From positions 67,285-131,284 of the forward strand of contig DASWOB010000096.1 in the NCBI GenBank assembly GCA_036398925.1: a stretch of DNA of 64,000 bases. The letters are read 5' to 3'. Both the position numbers and the translations under genes were made by a program. The first letter of the stretch is position 1, and each line of letters starts with the position of its first letter. The notes under the pieces were generated by a model. The model worked only from the letters and a program-made list of their open reading frames with translations, made no database searches and had not been told where the DNA came from. Shown here one piece after another: positions 62,734 through 64,000 of the stretch. The stretch is from Thermoanaerobaculia bacterium. GTDB taxonomy: Bacteria > Acidobacteriota > Thermoanaerobaculia > Gp7-AA8.

Positions 62734-63107
62734 CGCGACTCCTTCTCGTCGAGCAGCCGCCGCAGCTCCTTGATGTCGTTCTGGGACAGCTTCGTGCTGC
62801 GTACAAAGTGCACGACCGCCGGCGTCGCTTCACCGCCGAAGACGCGCTCGAGAAACGAGCTCGACTCCTCGGCGATGTAGCGCTGCCGCGGGATGGCAGC
62901 GGAGTAGAGGTAGCGATTCCCCTCCTCCTTCGCCTTCAGCACGTTCTTGCGGAGCAGGCGGCCGAGGAGCGTCTTCACCGTCTTCGGGTGCCACTCGGTG
63001 CGGTCGCGCAGCGCTTCCACGACCTCGGCCGCCGTGCGGGGAGAGCTCTCCCACAGCACGTTCATCACTTCCCATTCGGCATCGGTGATCGGTGGCGTTT
63101 TACCCAT
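62730..63107 (-). CDS. BlaI/MecI/CopY-family transcriptional repressor
   Basis: Winged helix ITDAEWEVMNVLWE; ATGA overlap with blaR1-like gene. Confidence 0.9.
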   Translation of the reverse strand: MGKTPPITDAEWEVMNVLWESSPRTAAEVVEALRDRTEWHPKTVKTLLGRLLRKNVLKAKEEGNRYLYSAAIPRQRYIAEESSSFLERVFGGEATPAVVHFVRSTKLSQNDIKELRRLLDEKESR

Positions 63108-63110
63108 GAC

Positions 63111-63143
63111 TACAATCGTAATCCATCTTGATTACGACTGTAA
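63111..63143. promoter_or_regulatory. Putative BlaI operator dyad TACAATCGTAATC-N6-GATTACGACTGTA immediately upstream of the repressor gene
   Basis: TACA...TGTA dyad typical of BlaI/MecI boxes. Confidence 0.6.
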
Positions 63144-63193
63144 TCAGAAAAGGTTCCGCGAGCGCCTCCCGCCTCGGGTGACGAACCGGACCT

Positions 63194-63643
63194 TCAGCTT
63201 CGATGGGACGGTGCAGGGCGAGCCGCGGCCGCTTCAGCTTGGGCTGCGGCTGCTCTGGTAAGCGCCGGTCTACCCGGCCCATGAATCAAGAACGCGATCG
63301 AGGAGAACAGCATCATCAGCGCCAGGGCGGCCGGGGGATACCCGCCGGCGCGGTGCGCGATGAGGAGCGCGGCGATGAAGTTGATGATCATCACGACCGC
63401 GGCGGGACGGAAGAACAGCCCCAGGATGAACAGGATCCCGCAGAGGAACTGCGCCCAGGCGGAGAGGTTCGCCGCAAAGAGCGGCCACGGCACCCCGCGC
63501 GACGCGAGGAAATCGCGGAACTCGAGCATCCGCGTCCAGGAGAAAACATTGTCGGCCGTGCCGTAGATCAGGTGGAACCCGACGATCAGGCGGACGAAGA
63601 ACATCCCGTATTCCTTCCGCTTCTCGAACCACTCGAAACGCAT
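63194..63643 (-). CDS. DoxX-family membrane protein
   Basis: Start at MRFEWFEKRKEY; 4 TM; upstream ORF extension rejected. Confidence 0.7.
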   Translation of the reverse strand: MRFEWFEKRKEYGMFFVRLIVGFHLIYGTADNVFSWTRMLEFRDFLASRGVPWPLFAANLSAWAQFLCGILFILGLFFRPAAVVMIINFIAALLIAHRAGGYPPAALALMMLFSSIAFLIHGPGRPALTRAAAAQAEAAAARPAPSHRS

Positions 63644-63773
63644 CCTGGCCTCCTCGTGTGTGCAGAAGATGCGCGCCCGCGGCGCGCCGGGACATCCTTT
63701 TGTGACGACTGGCGCTGCGTCGTGACGAGGCGGCTTGAACGCGGACGCGCGATGGCCGATGCTGGATTCGACG

Positions 63774-64000
63774 ATGCCGATTTCCACCCTTCTGGTCGAC
63801 GACGAGCCGCTCGCGCGCAAACGCATGCGCGCGCTGCTGCGTGAGTACGACGATTTTGACATCGTCGGCGAAGCGTCGAACGGCGAGGAAGCGCTGGAGA
63901 AAGTCTCCGAGCTGCACCCGCAGGTGGTCTTCCTCGACGTGCAGATGCCGGAGGTGGACGGATTCGAAGTGGTCCGCCGCCTGCCCGATGGCGAGCGCCC
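63774..64000 (+). CDS. Response regulator receiver domain (LytTR/AlgR-like), 3' truncated by window edge
   Basis: ISTLLVDDEPLARKRMRALL...VFLDVQMPEVDGFEV. Confidence 0.75.
   Translation, partial: MPISTLLVDDEPLARKRMRALLREYDDFDIVGEASNGEEALEKVSELHPQVVFLDVQMPEVDGFEVVRRLPDGER

Overview
This is a ~64 kb, ~68% GC chromosomal segment from a Gram-negative bacterium (it carries an lpxD-fabZ-lpxA lipid A cluster). Phylum cannot be assigned from sequence alone. I call about 75 protein-coding genes, 5 tRNAs and one IS-like element.

Housekeeping blocks:
- 1-4.4 kb: lpxD(partial)-fabZ-lpxA followed by a Gfo/Idh/MocA oxidoreductase, mtnP and a PfkB kinase.
- 33.4-45.9 kb: rplM-rpsI, rpsB-tsf, pyrH-frr-ispD-ispF-gltX-pyrD-rlmB, ending in a small ABC-like ATPase.
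- 46.5-59.4 kb: tRNA(Thr,Tyr,Gly,Thr)-rpmG-tRNA(Trp)-secE-nusG-rplK-rplA-rplJ-rplL-rpoB-rpoC.

Accessory content, in order of interest:
1. A candidate defence (or anti-restriction) module at 14.2-19.0 kb. It is a 1047-aa MmeI/PglX-like N6-adenine methyltransferase with a C-terminal specificity domain, whose stop overlaps the start of a compact 539-aa SNF2-family helicase. A frameshifted IS4-like transposase follows immediately. The methyltransferase ORF contains an in-frame, AT-rich, AATCA-repetitive ~130-bp segment right after a degenerate PD-ExK-like motif.
2. A 1092-aa KAP-family P-loop NTPase (transmembrane helices inside the NTPase domain, Clp-N-like N-terminal repeats) inserted antisense between tsf and pyrH. 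It breaks the otherwise universal rpsB-tsf-pyrH-frr linkage.
3. At least ten intergenic, long imperfect hairpin elements of one architecture: tandem 7-9-nt units, a GC-rich loop, then the inverted copies. The unit families recur at distant loci (CGATGAR x3, GTTCCTCGG x2, CAGCTGAGTAGCTG x2, plus three singletons).
4. A 17-copy 21-bp tandem array that is open in all six frames, lying between the ABC-like ATPase gene and the tRNA cluster.
5. A 62-aa Cys-rich ORF between rpoB and rpoC.
6. Smaller items:
   - A low-GC ECF sigma / ZAS anti-sigma pair.
   - A catalytically inactive rhomboid-like protein convergent with a zinc-ribbon protein that has an extreme Q/R/P tail.
   - Tandem paralogous TDT-repeat lipoproteins.
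   - A blaR1-blaI-doxX unit with its operator.

Many long ORFs in the six-frame track are antisense or upstream-extension artefacts of high GC. They are listed under noticed_but_rejected.
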